Assembly (NCBI RefSeq): GCF_000143415.4
Contig: NW_003314293.1
Coordinates: 1,359,104-1,423,103 of the forward strand
Direction of reading: 5' to 3'
Source of the DNA: Selaginella moellendorffii
Taxonomy: Eukaryota > Plantae > Lycopodiophyta
Length of the DNA stretch: 64,000 bases
In this document: piece by piece, positions 38,255 through 51,482 of the stretch
How the letters are laid out: the number at the start of each line of letters is the position of its first letter
Numbering within the stretch: position 1 is the first letter of the stretch
Made by a program: the position numbers and the translations under genes
The notes under the pieces: model-generated
Databases searched by the model: none
What the model was told of the DNA's origin: nothing
The model's input: only the letters and a program-made list of their open reading frames with translations

Positions 38255-39610
38255 ACTATAAAATTATTTTTTGGAAAAGTATAATGTGTTAACCATCTAT
38301 CAAAAAATTTAGAATAATTTTTTATTTTATCTATGTTAATTAATATAATTATTTTTATTTCTTAACTATTGGTTTATAAGTAAACAAAATCAGCTATAAA
38401 GCTAACATTAAAAATAAAAAAATTTATTCTCAAATTAATAGCATAAGAAGACATGTTTTTGAAAAAAATCATGTCGAAGTTTTGGTGGCCAATGGGTGGT
38501 TAGCATAGTTAGTTAAAGAGGGAAAACAATGGCATGACAACTTTTATAAATTTAAAACTTTATTAAGATACTTATATATGGCAAAAATGTTTTTTGTACT
38601 CTAGTATGTTCCTTTAATTAAAGTGTTCATACATAACAAGAATCCTTTTTAGTATAAGCTAGTCTAATTTATAATTGGGTTTAACTACTATACTCACAAT
38701 TATAGGATTAGGAAGAATATAAATAACATATTAACATGTATATTAATATGGAGTGTATCAGTAAGTTTATGCTTTTTGCCATAAACACTAAATAACAAAT
38801 GGATTACAAACACTAGGAGAAGAATAAATGCAAAGTAATGAAAGTGTCTGTAAGTAAGGTAAAGGTTTATTGAAGCACTAGATTTAGAATTGAGTTGCAA
38901 AATTGATAACAATGCATTTTATGTGTTATATAGGTTGTAATTGATGAAGAGAGTAAACAAGTGTTACACTATTTAAAAATTCAATACAAAGAAATACAAA
39001 TAATGGATTTAATGAAACAAGAAGGGTCACCATAACTATGGTGAAGCAAAGTGTAGTTTATTTAAGCTAATATTAAGCTTAAACAAGCCTATATCATTTG
39101 AGAAGCGATTAAGCTTTCTTCTTTTCATTATTATTTTCCATTGTCTTTAACTAAGTTTTCATTCAAGGAGTAAATATTTGGTAATTAAGGTTTAGCAATG
39201 GTTTTCTTGAAGTATATAAATAAGCAATATCAAAGTTTTTAAATTTGTAGAGTTTTAATAATGTATTTTCCCCCTTTTTGTTTATATCAGATTAAAAAGA
39301 AGATCAAAGTTCTTGATATCAAATGTTCTTTAAAAACAAAAAATGAAAAAAAAAACCAAGGTAGGTTTAGCGTGTTCAAAGTGTTTATTATTTCCTCGTA
39401 CTTTACAACCCTTTTGGATCTGACAAGTATTGAGCCTTGAAAGTTTATTTACTTCTAAATGTTGATTTAATCTTTAATTGCAAATTTTGGCATTTTGTAA
39501 ATTCACTAATTTAAGAAAAGTTAATAGTTGTATAAAGGGTAGTTTAACTTGTTGAGGGTCTATTGAATGCATAGTGATAGATTTATTGGACACATTCTAA
39601 CTACACATGG

Positions 39611-39725
39611 CATGGACAAGCTCATCATTCTATTTTAGTATGTTCATCAACTCAGCCTGTTTATTATAATATGGACAAGTGCATCATTCCATCTTAGTAT
39701 ATTCATCAACTCAGCTTGTTTATTT
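39611..39725. repeat. Two-copy tandem repeat of about 60 bp
   Basis: tggacaag..catcattc.at.ttagtat.ttcatcaactcagc.tgtttatt occurs twice; also at about 61200-61315. Confidence 0.8.
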
Positions 39726-40677
39726 TTCATTTATGTTTTGCTAGGTTCATGATATACTTTAAGAGTATTCAATAAAAGTATCAAGAAAAATAGAATCTAA
39801 CATATGCATATTCTTCCTTAAAGAAGTAGAGTATATGGATTGCAAAACATATTATATTATTGAGATTATTGTAATAATATTTTAATATAATAAAATGTAT
39901 TGAGAAACAAAGATAAATTATAGAGTGGATAAGTTTTTGCCTTTTATGAGTTGAATCTATTTTTATTCAAAGAGTTTTAAAGATTGCATTGATTAGCATT
40001 TGCTAAGCAGTTTCTAGTCCATAACAATAAAGGGAAATTGTTGAACTTTATGAATCTCGCCAATTGATGATATTAAATAAAGGGTAATATCACTTTTTCA
40101 CTATGCATTTTTTGAATTGTTTTTGTAATGTTGGGTCATTAGGTTAGGGAATAAGGTAGATATGATATTTAATTTTTTCTCATTCAAATAAGTCTTGTAA
40201 GAGTAAAATTTTCTTTACTATAATAAGAAAATTGGACTGTAAAAGAGGATTTAAGTAAGAAAGAAGCATGCTAGGGTAATAAGTCTATTTCTCACGTCTT
40301 TATTTAAATCTTTGTAAGTTTTCTAATTTTTTTTTTTTTGCAAAAATTTTAGATCTATGAATACTCTTCAATCCCAATATAAATCATAGATAAAAATGCT
40401 ATGTTTTAAAGATTTTAAAGGGGAAAGGGGATTATGGGAATTAGCTTATTTTTAACACATATCAAAGAAAGATTAAGCCAACTTGAAGAATAAACAAAAA
40501 TTTAATCTCAAAGAAGAAAGTTAACACATTTCATCCTATTGCTTTTTTTTCAAATAAGGGAAAATATAATATTTTTTAAAGAAAATTATTCTTTTGGTAG
40601 AAAAATACATAAATCCAAGAAAAAGAAGCTTAGGAAGCTAAAAAAAAAAGGTATAATATAAAATGGTCTAAAAATTT

Positions 40678-40777
40678 NNNNNNNNNNNNNNNNNNNNNNN
40701 NNNNNNNNNNNNNNNNNNNNNNNNNNNNNNNNNNNNNNNNNNNNNNNNNNNNNNNNNNNNNNNNNNNNNNNNNNNNN
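40678..40777. other. Assembly gap (100 N)
   Basis: Run of N; the homologous sequence is at about 62268-62356. Confidence 0.99.
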
Positions 40778-42478
40778 TATTCCTTCTTTGATCCCTATGA
40801 AGTTCCTTTTTGTTCACAACAATAATTATTAATTCTATTATTAAAACAGATTCAAAGACAATTTAGATCTCTACATAATGCTTGAGTTAATAGGATTTAA
40901 TGGATAGGTTTTTGGGCCCTCCTCACCACATAACTATACCCTTAGTTACTAAATAAAAGGTCCATTTAAATTTTATTGAATTCTCTAACCATGTAGATAG
41001 AGCAAGGTTCTGATAAAGTATACAAAATATCCAAATAGTGCTACACCCACTTAGATTGAGAGCATTAACTATTCAATCTCCTTGAGGAGTTAGAGTTGGC
41101 TATTAAACACTTCACCAAATCATTCAATTTATCTATTCATATTTAATTTAATTTTGGACTCTTTAATGTTTATATCATCACCCACTATATGAAAATAACT
41201 TTTTTTTCATATTGGTTCTTTATAATCCTCCCTTTATTATCTCGTAGAGACTTATCAAACCCCTTAATGTTTGAGAAAAAATTGCTTCAGGCTTTCACTC
41301 CACCCTCACCCCACCCTCGGATATGTTTGTCCCTAGATATATTAAGCCTTGAACTCGGTATTGGACATGGTTTAAGATTCGATCCTGGACTTAATTTTAG
41401 TTTCAATTTTGGAGTTGTTTCAAACTTGGTCTTGAATTTGGTTTTGCACTTTATCTCAACACTTCTATATATTATAATAATTGCCACATGTTAGTCATTC
41501 TTTTGTTCTTTTTTAAAAACTCATTTATCTATCGTTTTGTGCTCATTCCTAACACTTCTTTAGAAGTTCACTTCTTTTTGACTTTTTGAGTCAAAGCTTT
41601 TAGTCCAAATATGTTATACTCATTGAACTTTTACCTCAACCACTACCTTTCGACTTTACTTTGGGATTTAGGGATTTGTATTTTATAAATCTTTCATGAC
41701 TAATCTAGTTTGATATCCAAGTAGTTTTTCCCTTAAGCCTCTAATATTACACCATGATTGCTGCCCTCTTCTTTATACCCATGTTATACACGAGTTATAT
41801 ATCAGACAATATTTAAGAGCTAATAAAACCTAAGTAAGATTTTAAAACTAAAATTCTATCACAATATTTAATTTTGTGTTTTTAATAGCTATATAAGATA
41901 GAGAGAAACTAGTGCTATAAAGTTGGGGTGTTTAATATATAGGAGTGAGGCATAAAATTTATGAAGGTTTAAACAAAGGCATTTCTCACTCAAATCTTTA
42001 ATTCAAAACCCCACCCCACCCCACCCCCACCCCCCCCCTTCCCCCTCTCTAAATCATATCCATATGATAAATGGAAAATTATAGAGTAAATGTTTTTGTA
42101 GATTTTATGACATTTTAAGCTATAATACATTTTAGTGTCATTCAAGTGTTCATCACTTTTTTCAATTTAAATCTAATTTAGAGAAAAGGAACTCATCCCA
42201 TTGTTCTATTTCATTAATATTCTTGAGTTTAGAAAAGAACTTAATAAAACTATACAAATAAGTAGTTTGTTGAGTTCAACTATTTATTAAATTGCATTTC
42301 ATTATAGGGTCAAAAATATCTCAAGACCTCTTGTTTTTAAAAGAAAAACATTCTTTTCCATATTTGTCTTAGATTCTATCACAAGATTTATTCACTCAAT
42401 TACAAAGCTCAATTACCACTATATATATATTTTTATTTATTTATTTATTTATATATATATAGTAAATTGAATGCCACT

Positions 42479-42779
42479 NNNNNNNNNNNNNNNNNNNNNN
42501 NNNNNNNNNNNNNNNNNNNNNNNNNNNNNNNNNNNNNNNNNNNNNNNNNNNNNNNNNNNNNNNNNNNNNNNNNNNNNNNNNNNNNNNNNNNNNNNNNNNN
42601 NNNNNNNNNNNNNNNNNNNNNNNNNNNNNNNNNNNNNNNNNNNNNNNNNNNNNNNNNNNNNNNNNNNNNNNNNNNNNNNNNNNNNNNNNNNNNNNNNNNN
42701 NNNNNNNNNNNNNNNNNNNNNNNNNNNNNNNNNNNNNNNNNNNNNNNNNNNNNNNNNNNNNNNNNNNNNNNNNNNNNNN
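42479..42779. other. Assembly gap (301 N)
   Basis: Run of N; flanks match about 11182 and 11487 in unit 1. Confidence 0.99.
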
Positions 42780-43283
42780 GAAGCTTTGGAAAAAAATGAG
42801 AAGAAAAAAAATTATAAAAAAACTCAGTTTGTTGCATATTATATGGAACAACACTTGATTTTCTTAATAATAGTGTAATTCTTGTTTAGTATTATTTAAT
42901 AATATAATTGATCAATCAAAACTTTATAATTTAAAAATATAAGATTAATTTTATTGCACACCATTATATGGTAGAATAAAATAGAATATACTAGAAAGTG
43001 TTTAGAAAAATTTATAATTTATAAACATGTTTATAAATTATAAATATAATATTAATTTAAATGAATAACAACTATTAAATAGTAGAATCTCCCAGAATAT
43101 CTAAATATATTTTTGATGTATCTATCAGCTCTCTCTCCTTGATAGAAAAATTTTGGATGTTAAGGGCTTTCTATTGAGTAAAGTTTCCTTGCATTTTTTC
43201 TTGCTAAACACCCAGCACCCATAGCTTATTATGAAGGTGGAGAAGGTTGGAGATGGTTCCTCCATGCTAGATGTGGCATTGGT

Positions 43284-43676
43284 ATGTCCTCTTCTTGGCA
43301 AGAAAGAATAAAAATTCTTACTCAAGCTAAAAGTTTATTTTATGTTTGTGGCTATTATACGAGTGTTGGCATTGCTTTCATTAGCTTCAAGGTTTATAGT
43401 GAATTCTCATGTCATGAGTTTACAAATCTTTTTTCTGCCATCTTTATCAAGTGCAATATATGTCATCCAAGTGAAAAAGAGAGACTAAGGCATTTCTTTT
43501 TTCTCATATCTATCCCAGAGCAAGTTACTAAGGCACTCAAGGAGCACAAAACAATGTTTGTGAGACTGGATGTATATATTAATTATGTAGGCATTGCTGA
43601 GCAAAGGGACTTCCTTAGTAATGCAAAATGGTGCAAGGCCTTGAGTGTGAACCTATCAAATGCACAATCCAAGTAA
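43284..43676 (+). pseudogene. Possible LINE ORF2 C-terminal (zf-RVT-like) relic inside the AT-rich repeat
   Basis: KCNICHPSEKERLRHFFF resembles the CxxC...ExxxHxFF zinc finger; copies at about 1322-1731, 11918-12368 and 23005-23455; no RT domain is visible. Confidence 0.25.
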
Positions 43677-44559
43677 TACGTCTCAATTCTCACAATTTCC
43701 TCATTCCACATTCTTCAAGAGAGCACATTCTAGCCATAAGAATCTGATGCGGGAGAGGAAGAACATTGTGCTAAACTTAATGCTTTATGACTTTATGAGA
43801 GAAATGACAAGCTGTTTGGAAGCAATTGAGGAGGATTGGGTGTTGGGAATTGGGAGTATTTGGAATATTTACACTTATTTCTCTGCTATGATCTAGATGA
43901 AGTGATGGGGAAGTTCCAGAAGAAGAATTGAGTTCTGAATGAATGTGTGGTGCTCATATCAAATTTCATTACTACTACATCCAAAAAACGAAAGTAAAGT
44001 GATGAAAAACTTTTTTCAACTTTGAAAGGGTAAGGTGTAAGCTTTATATATAAAGAATGCTGAAAGTTATTGTGAGTATGGGATGGGTTTGGGTATCTGG
44101 GAGCTAGGATTGTATGTATCTAGGAAAGCCAATAGCAATGTTGTAACATGTTTCTTTGATAAATTTAGTTACTTATCTTTTTTAGTCTAACAAGAGACAA
44201 AGTTTTCATAGACATTAGTATCCAGTTTAACTCTAGTTCAAAAAGCAATTTGCTCTTTACTGTGTTAATAAATTATGTTACTACTTTCTTTTGAAGTTTT
44301 AGACTCATTAAATAACATAAACCTTTATTTATCATTATGTTTCACTATTTTTTTAAAAATGGTTTAAATTTAAATAGCTATAAATATAACGAAACAAGCA
44401 TTTGCTCGGTAAAGAAAAAATCCAAATAAATAGGAATAAGAACCACCCTAGGGCCTGTTGAATTTTGGTTTGAAAATTTGGCTGAAGTGTCGGCGGTGTC
44501 CACGATGCGAGAGAACGCGTTCAAGCCCTAGCCAGCGTTCCAGGCGGGGCCGATCGCCA

Positions 44560-46064
44560 ATGCCAGAGGACGATGCATATCGATTCGAGGTTACGGGGCC
44601 AAAGCGCAAGCATTTCAACTGGTAAAGAATCTCGCCGCCCTAGCTGCATTGCTCTGTTTGAAGCGATTCTTGGCGGGCTGGGTGTGTGATTTTGTCAGTA
44701 GAATCCCGTTTCGATTGATTCCAATCGCCCCCGACAGAATTCTCAGCTACCCTAGGCTTGTCTTTGGATCATATTTCATTTGTCCCATTTTGGTGTCTCT
44801 TTCGTTCACTTGCGTGCTAAGGGCTGATTGATAAGTAGCTAGAGTTATTTCGATGGCTAGTCTTTAGTGGATTGGTCCTCACTTCTCCATTCTTTTTTTT
44901 TTGTTGTTTCGCAAAGCTTGCTTGGGCTTGAGTTCATTGTCTACTTTTTTGTTTCATTGCTGCTAAAGACTTGGTCCGGTTAGAGTTCTCGTCCTTTAAA
45001 AGCTTTTTATCTCGATTCCTCGCGAGTTCTTACCATACATTCTTTCCAGGGATGTTCCGGACGACAAAAGAGCAATCTTGGCATGCCTTGTGTCAAGCGT
45101 GTACTCACTCCAGCACGACAGATCGAAAAACTACACAGGAACTCCGCAAGCTCTCGCTCCTCCCTGGTGGACGTCCTTCAACTACGAGCTCCTCGACGTG
45201 ATCCTCGGCAATGACAAGCTCCGGATCAACGGCGCAGTGTTCGTGTGGAACTACAAAAACCACTGGAAGCCTGCCAGAGCTCCGATGGTGGTCCTGGCGC
45301 TCAGAGGCACGGACAGCCTAACCAGCGACCTCATCGTCGACTTCAAGATCGCCAACCAGGAGCTTTACAAGACAGGCAGGTTCACAGCCGCGTACAACGC
45401 TCTCCGAAACGCCGTCGCATGGCATGGCAAGGACAACGTTTGCATCACGGGGCACTCGCTCGGAGCAGCGGTGGCGCTCTCCGCCGCTCGGATGATGGCA
45501 TCGCATGGCCAGTTCGTCGAGGCTCATCTCTTCAATCCGCCATTCTCGTCCTCGACCGCTCCATACAAGTCACTCTTCGGTGCTGAGACTTACAGCAATC
45601 TCCAAGAGGTTTACACCGTTGCAAAGGCCGGGCTCGTCAACTTACTGGTGGATGCCGCAAAGAGAAGGGAGTCCGAGGCAGAGTTTGCGGCACTTGGAAG
45701 CTGGTACCCGGACATGTATGTTCATCCCAGTGATCCGGTATGCTCGGGCTTTCTCGAGCACTTCAAGAACTATCAGTATATGCTACAGGGGAAGTACGCG
45801 AGATTGGCGATGCCTCACGAATCCATCCGGGGCGTGCTCTGCTCCTCCAAAGCGAAGCCGCATCACCTCATCCCCTCGGCAAGGCTTCACGTCCCAGCGG
45901 ATGAAGGCAAAGCTGCGAGTGCTCGAGACGCTCATTCTCTTACACAGTGGTGGTCGGATGGAGCAGTCGTTCAGGTGCAATTTGTCAACTTGACAGGTCA
46001 AGAACACTTGGATCATCCGCTGCAAATCTTGTTTGGGGGGATAAGCTATGAACCTATGGTGTAG
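44560..46064 (+). CDS. Class-3 lipase-like gene copy L5, intact, with no F-box partner; exons 44560-44621, 45050-46064
   Basis: All motifs intact; TSDL instead of TSDY; spacer homology to units 2 and 3 stops at about 46487. Confidence 0.9.
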
Positions 46065-47554
46065 TACGCGGCAATGATTTCATGGTACATATTTTCTCTG
46101 TGCTCAAAGAACCCGAGAAAAAAGATTTTTATTTTTTCCTGTGCTAGAAGAGAACGCGGCGTGTTTTCGACGTTCAATCTGACTGGAAGAACGTCACAGG
46201 TGGATGTTTACCACGTCATGACTTTACAATGAACACTTTCATTGTCTTGCTCGAGCCAAAGCCTTCAAAGTAAGTTTGCTCGCGTTTGTTTTTGTTAGAT
46301 GGTTAAAGAGAGAACGAGGCCGGATAATGAGGGTTGGCGATTTCAACTAGAGAAGCACAAGCCAGTGAGAAGAAGCTGAGCTTCCCGAAAATGAGATTTT
46401 TTAATCGATGAAGCGTCACTCTGCTTCCATGCTATAAGAAGGGTTTGCTCGAGGACATGGAAGGTAATCTTGTTCCATTATCAGTTCTTTTTTTCCTTTC
46501 CTATTAGAAACGTTGTGTTTTATTTTTTTAGATGGATCTTCCAAGTCTTAAAAGGCTTGTTAGAGATACAATCCATTACGAAATTTTCCGAAATAATTAT
46601 TTAGATTCAGGAAGCTTTACTTGTATATAAGGATATGTATGTATGTATAGCCAAGTTTCATTACATTTAAAAAGATCATTAGTTAGTTTTGTGAATAGAA
46701 GAATTAAAAATAAGTGTAAAATAGATGTAACAATCACAATGGTGAAAAAATTTAAATAACACATAATATTAGTGAAAAAAATTTAATATTTTCTTTTCTT
46801 TTTGGTATGATTAGTTAAATAAATCATCTAAGAGAAACTACAAAATTGTGTTTATAAATTATGCTTATAAATTATATTGGTACATTTAATTTAAGTATTT
46901 TAGAAAAAGTTTAAGGTTGAAAAGAAAATTAAAAGTTAATAAAACTGTGGTTGGTATTGTAATGTTAATTTATGAAATTTAATAGAAGAATTTAATAAAG
47001 TAAACTATATTATAGTTTTAAACTATAAAAATTTCAAATATAAAAAAATGGTGATTTCCATGTAACTATATGGTGATTAATGGTGATTAAGAGTGAGCCA
47101 ATAATAAAAATTTATTTTAAAGTATTTCAATCTATGTTTTGTTAATGTTTACATGTTTTCAGACTAAAAAATACCACTGAAAAAGAGAAAACTATGTTGC
47201 TTTTAGGCCTATTCAAAAGCCTAAAGACTAAAAGATTATGTGAATTTAGATTTCAAGTTAATAAAATAATAATCAATTATAAATATTTAAATTTTAAATT
47301 TCATATTTATAAACTAAAACACTTATTTTTATTTAAATCTGTATTAATTTTACAAACAAAAAAAACAAAACATAGCAAAAATATTATGTAAATGCCTAAA
47401 GCTAAAATGTTAACCAAGCATTCCTAATTTTCTTTATTCTTTATTATTAAAAATACTTATTTATTGTTAATAAAAATCCAAAATTATTAATATCAAAAGA
47501 ATTTACTTTTTAAAAAACTTTATTAAAAATAATTAATCTAAAACTCTATTTTAG

Positions 47555-49220
47555 ATGGCTGAATGCTTCGAAGGTCTGTCATGGAGATGTCCAGGCTAGG
47601 TGTGTACAGCAGCCTGGCAAGGACTCCTCATCTGCCAAGGACTTAAGACTGAATTCCTGGCACACAAAGCTTCACCGAGCTAGAGATGGTGTTCTACTTG
47701 TGAATGCCTGGCTCCATGAATTGGAGAAAGGAACTTCGGCCGTGGAGTGGAAGGATAAGCAGTTGCCTGGCAGCGATTCTGGCATCGCCCGAGCAGTGAG
47801 CGAGAAGTGGGAAGAACTCACATTGAGGATAAGCGTGAAATCATGGAAAAACATTGGAGCAGTTGCAACAGCTCTTGGATGGTGATCACCAGCCGCGCAT
47901 TTACGACCAGAGTTCCGTGATGTAATCCTCGAGTCGTTTTCGTGTTTGACGAGGCAGGGGGTTTGAACGAAACCCGCTCAGAGTTTTGTTTCCGTGGAAT
48001 GCCAGCTTTGCGCTGGACTCAACCGCGAAGCTTTTGCCGAGAAAGAGCGACGAGGACAACAGCAGCTCGCCGAGAAAGTGCGGCGAGGACAGGCGAGCCG
48101 TTTTCGTGTTTGACGAGGCAAGGGGTCTGAACGAAACCTCAGCTCCGCGGGGCGCTCAGAGTTTTGTTTCCGTGGAATGCCTACTTTGTGCTCATGCTGG
48201 ACAACCGCGAAGTTTTTGCCAAGAAAGAGTGACGAGGACAACAGCAGCAGGGCCTTGAAGACCGGGAGATGCTTATTGCCTCCGATCTACTTCTTGCTAA
48301 CTTTGCAACTAGACATGCTCAAGCCGGGCCTGAGCGTTGCGGAGTATAGTTCTTCGTCAACCTGGATGAAGTATGGAAGGCCTGTGCGGGCCGCCAGAAT
48401 AGGATAGGGTGAAATGGGAATCAGTAATGAGTTCGCCATTGAAGGCAAGGTGACAGAGAGCCAGGGATGGTATTGTTTGCTGCTGCAACAGGCCTGCAGG
48501 TGTGTCCTCGCTGCCCGATGGTAGCGTCACATATGAACGTCGTATTACTATGAAAAACAGGTTGTTTGTCGCTCTTCCAGCGACGCCCAGCTGCTAGCCT
48601 GCTCAAGTTCAAGAAGTGAAGCGGTATGCTTAGCTGGTACCTTCATCCGATCAAAGTGGTGGTCCCCTGTTCTGCAATTCTTTTGCCGTGCGGGAAGTCC
48701 CGGATACTGCAGCGAGATACTTTGCAGGAGGCCTTGCTATCGGGCATCAAGCGGAAAACGATATGCGTGGTGCCGATCTCATTCTTCCTGAGGGGATGAC
48801 TTGCTGCGTTGTGTCCCTGAAGACGAGGGGCGGTGTCTCATCCGAGCTCACCAAGTGGAAAGTTCTTCCTGTGGTTACCGTGTATGTCAATGCAAGGAGC
48901 AAGCAGTTGCGGACACAAAGTCTTGGCTTTTGTGGGATCAGGAGGAGGATAAGAGTGATCTCCAGCTGACATGCTATGGCCTTGATGGCAACTTCGGTTA
49001 CCTGTCAAGGGAGGTGAGGGGCCTGCTCAAGAACATACTCGTAACCAGGCCGGATCCCCTTAAAGGTGCGGGAAGCCGAGTGGATCAAGCAAATGCTGCC
49101 GTTTCAGTGCGAGGCAGACTTCGTCGTGTCTCCGGCGGCAGGCATGAGTCTATGCTCATGGATTACTCGGTTTCATCTCGAGTTAGTACTTGCTCTATCT
49201 CGTACTCTTGGTTCAATTAA
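47555..49220 (+). pseudogene. Decayed Crinkler-related P-loop NTPase plus PD-(D/E)xK nuclease-like gene
   Basis: Motifs in order across shifting frames: VFVFDEARGL (Walker B-like), LDSTAKLLP, LLPPIYFL, KYGRP, MVASHM and GLAIGHQAENDMRGADLILP. Recognised by eye only. Confidence 0.5.
47935..48248 (+). repeat. Internal tandem duplication (period about 165-185 bp) covering the Walker B-like segment
   Basis: cgttttcgtgtttgacgaggca...gacgaggacaacagcagc occurs twice (starting about 47935 and 48099). Confidence 0.85.
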
Positions 49221-49385
49221 CTGTGATCGGAGCTCGAAGTAATACTAGTTCGCTGCTTACGCTTTGCTCTCTGTGCTGTTACTTTGGCTTGATTTTGGAT
49301 CTACTCACGGAAGAGAAGCTACCAGGTATGCTTAGTAATGTTCGAGCTCGACCTTTATTATTTTGTAGATTACTTATGGTGTGAT

Positions 49386-49441
49386 GTATCATAAAGGTAT
49401 CATAAAGTATCATAAAGTATGTATCATATGTATCATAAAGT
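49386..49441. repeat. Irregular GTATCATAAA tandem repeat
   Basis: gtatcataaag gtatcataaa gtatcataaa gtat gtatcatat gtatcataaag. Confidence 0.85.
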
Positions 49442-50000
49442 CAGCTCTTTCTTTCTTGTAACTCGCGGATGAGATCCTAAACATAGTATACAACGAAAGG
49501 TTTATTGCAACTTCTAGAAAAAGATTCGGTATGAACCATATGAGACAGCCGTTCGTCTTAACAATGGTTGTCTCTTATGTTTCCGACATTTCCAAAGACA
49601 AGCCTAGGGTAGCTTGAAAATTTGGCTGAAGTGTGTGATTTTGGCAGTAGAATCCCGTTTCGATTGATTCCAATCGCCCCCGAGAGAATTCTCAGCTACC
49701 CTAGGCTTGTCTTTGGATCATAGCCTTTCATTTGTCCCATTTTGGTGTCTCTTTCGTTCACTTGCGTGCTAAGGGCTGATTGATAAGTAGCTAGAGTTCT
49801 TTCGATGGCTAGTCTTTAGTGGATTGGTCCTCACTTCTCCATTCTTTTTTTTTGTTGTTTCGCAAAGCTTGCTTGGGCTTGAGTTCATTGTCTACTTTTT
49901 TGTTTCATTGCTGCTAAAGACTTGGTCCGGCTAGAGTTCTCGTCCTTTAAAAGCTTTTTATCTCGAGTCTTCGGGAGTTCTTACCATACATTCTTTCCAG

Positions 50001-51015
50001 GGATGTTCCGGACGACAAAAGAGCAATCTTGGCATGCCTTGTGTCAAGCGTGTACTCACTCCAGCACGACAGATCGAAAAACTACACAGGAACTCCGCAA
50101 GCTCTCGCTCCTCCCTGGTGGACGTCCTTCAACTACGAGCTCCTCGACGTGATCCTCGGCAATGACAAGCTCCGGATCAACGGCGCAGTGTTCGTGTGGA
50201 ACTACAAAAACCACTGGAAGCCTGCCAGAGCTCCGATGGTGGTCCTGGCGCTCAGAGGCACGGACAGCCTAACCAGCGACTACATCGTCGACTTCAAGAT
50301 CGCCAACCAGGAGCTTTACAAGACAGGCAGGTTCACAGCCGCGTACAACGCTCTCCGAAACGCCGTCGCATGGCATGGCAAGGACAACGTTTGCATCACG
50401 GGGCACTCGCTCGGAGCAGCGGTGGCGCTCTCCGCCGCTCGGATGATGGCATCGCAGGGCCAGTTCGTCGAGGCTCATCTCTTCAATCCTCCATTCTCGT
50501 CCTCGACCGCTCCATACAAGTCACTCTTCGGTGCTGAGACTTACAGCAATCTCCAAGAGGTTTACACCGTTGCAAAGGCCGGGCTCGTCAACTTGCTGGT
50601 GGATGCCGCAAAGAGAAGGGAGTCCGAGGCAGAGTTTGCGGCACTTGGAAGCTGGTACCCGGACATGTATGTTCATCCCAGTGATCCGGTATGCTCGGGC
50701 TTTCTCGAGCACTTCAAGAACTATCAGTATATGCTACAGGGGAAGTACGCGAGATTGGCGATGCCTCACGAATCCATCCGGGGCGTGCTCTGCTCCTCCA
50801 AAGCGAAGCCGCATCACCTCATCCCCTCGGCAAGGCTTCACGTCCCAGCGGATGACGGCAAAGCTGCGAGTGCTCGAGACGCTCATTCTCTTACACAGTG
50901 GTGGTCGGATGGAGCAGTCGTTCAGGTGCAATTTGTCAACTTGACAGGTCAAGAACACTTGGATCATCCGCTGCAAATCCCGTTTGGGGGGATAAGCGAC
51001 GAAGCTATGGTGTAG
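50001..51015 (+). pseudogene. Lipase-like copy L6: exon 2 intact, exon 1 and start codon deleted
   Basis: At about 49634, ggctgaaGTGT joins gtgattttgg. This removes the 196 bp (2485-2680 in L1) holding the uORF, ATG, exon 1 and splice donor. Confidence 0.75.
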
Positions 51016-51482
51016 TACGTACATATTTTCTCTGTGCTCAAAGAACCCGAGAAAAAAGTTTTTATTTTTTCCTGTGCTAGACCAAGGTTTGAAGAGATCG
51101 CGGCGTGTTTTCGACGTTCAATCTTACTGGAAGAACGTCACAGGTGGATGTTTACCACGTCATGACTTTACAATGAACACTTTCATTGTCTGCTCGAGCC
51201 AACGCCTTCAAAGTAAGCTTGCTCGCGTTTGTTTTTGTTAGATGGTTAAAGAGAGAACGAGGCCGGATAATGAGGGTTGGCGGTTTCAACTGGAGAAGCA
51301 CAAACCAGTGAGGACAGATAATGGAGAATAACTTCAGAAAGAAGAAGCTGAGCTTCCCGAAAATGAGATTTTTTAATCGATCAAGCGTTCACTCTGCTTC
51401 CGCGAAAGTTAGGTTTTTTATGGGGCTCCTTGCATCCCTTTTGCAGTACTATAAGGTCACTCTTCTAGGTATTGCCCTTGTG

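Larger units (their letters stand above)
38255..44465. repeat. Long degenerate AT-rich repeat forming the inter-cassette spacer
   Basis: Homologous blocks at 1-2450, 5780-8001 plus 11076-13180, 16563-19139 plus 22213-24270, 27577-30530 and 59991-64000; at least two diverged subtypes. Confidence 0.8.

Noticed and set aside
42441-42878. ORFs of X residues
   Set aside because: Artefacts of the N gap.
46526-47558. AT-rich kilobase flanked by TTTTAGATGG as a possible DNA transposon with TSD
   Set aside because: No terminal inverted repeats are visible, and such a low-complexity match is expected by chance.
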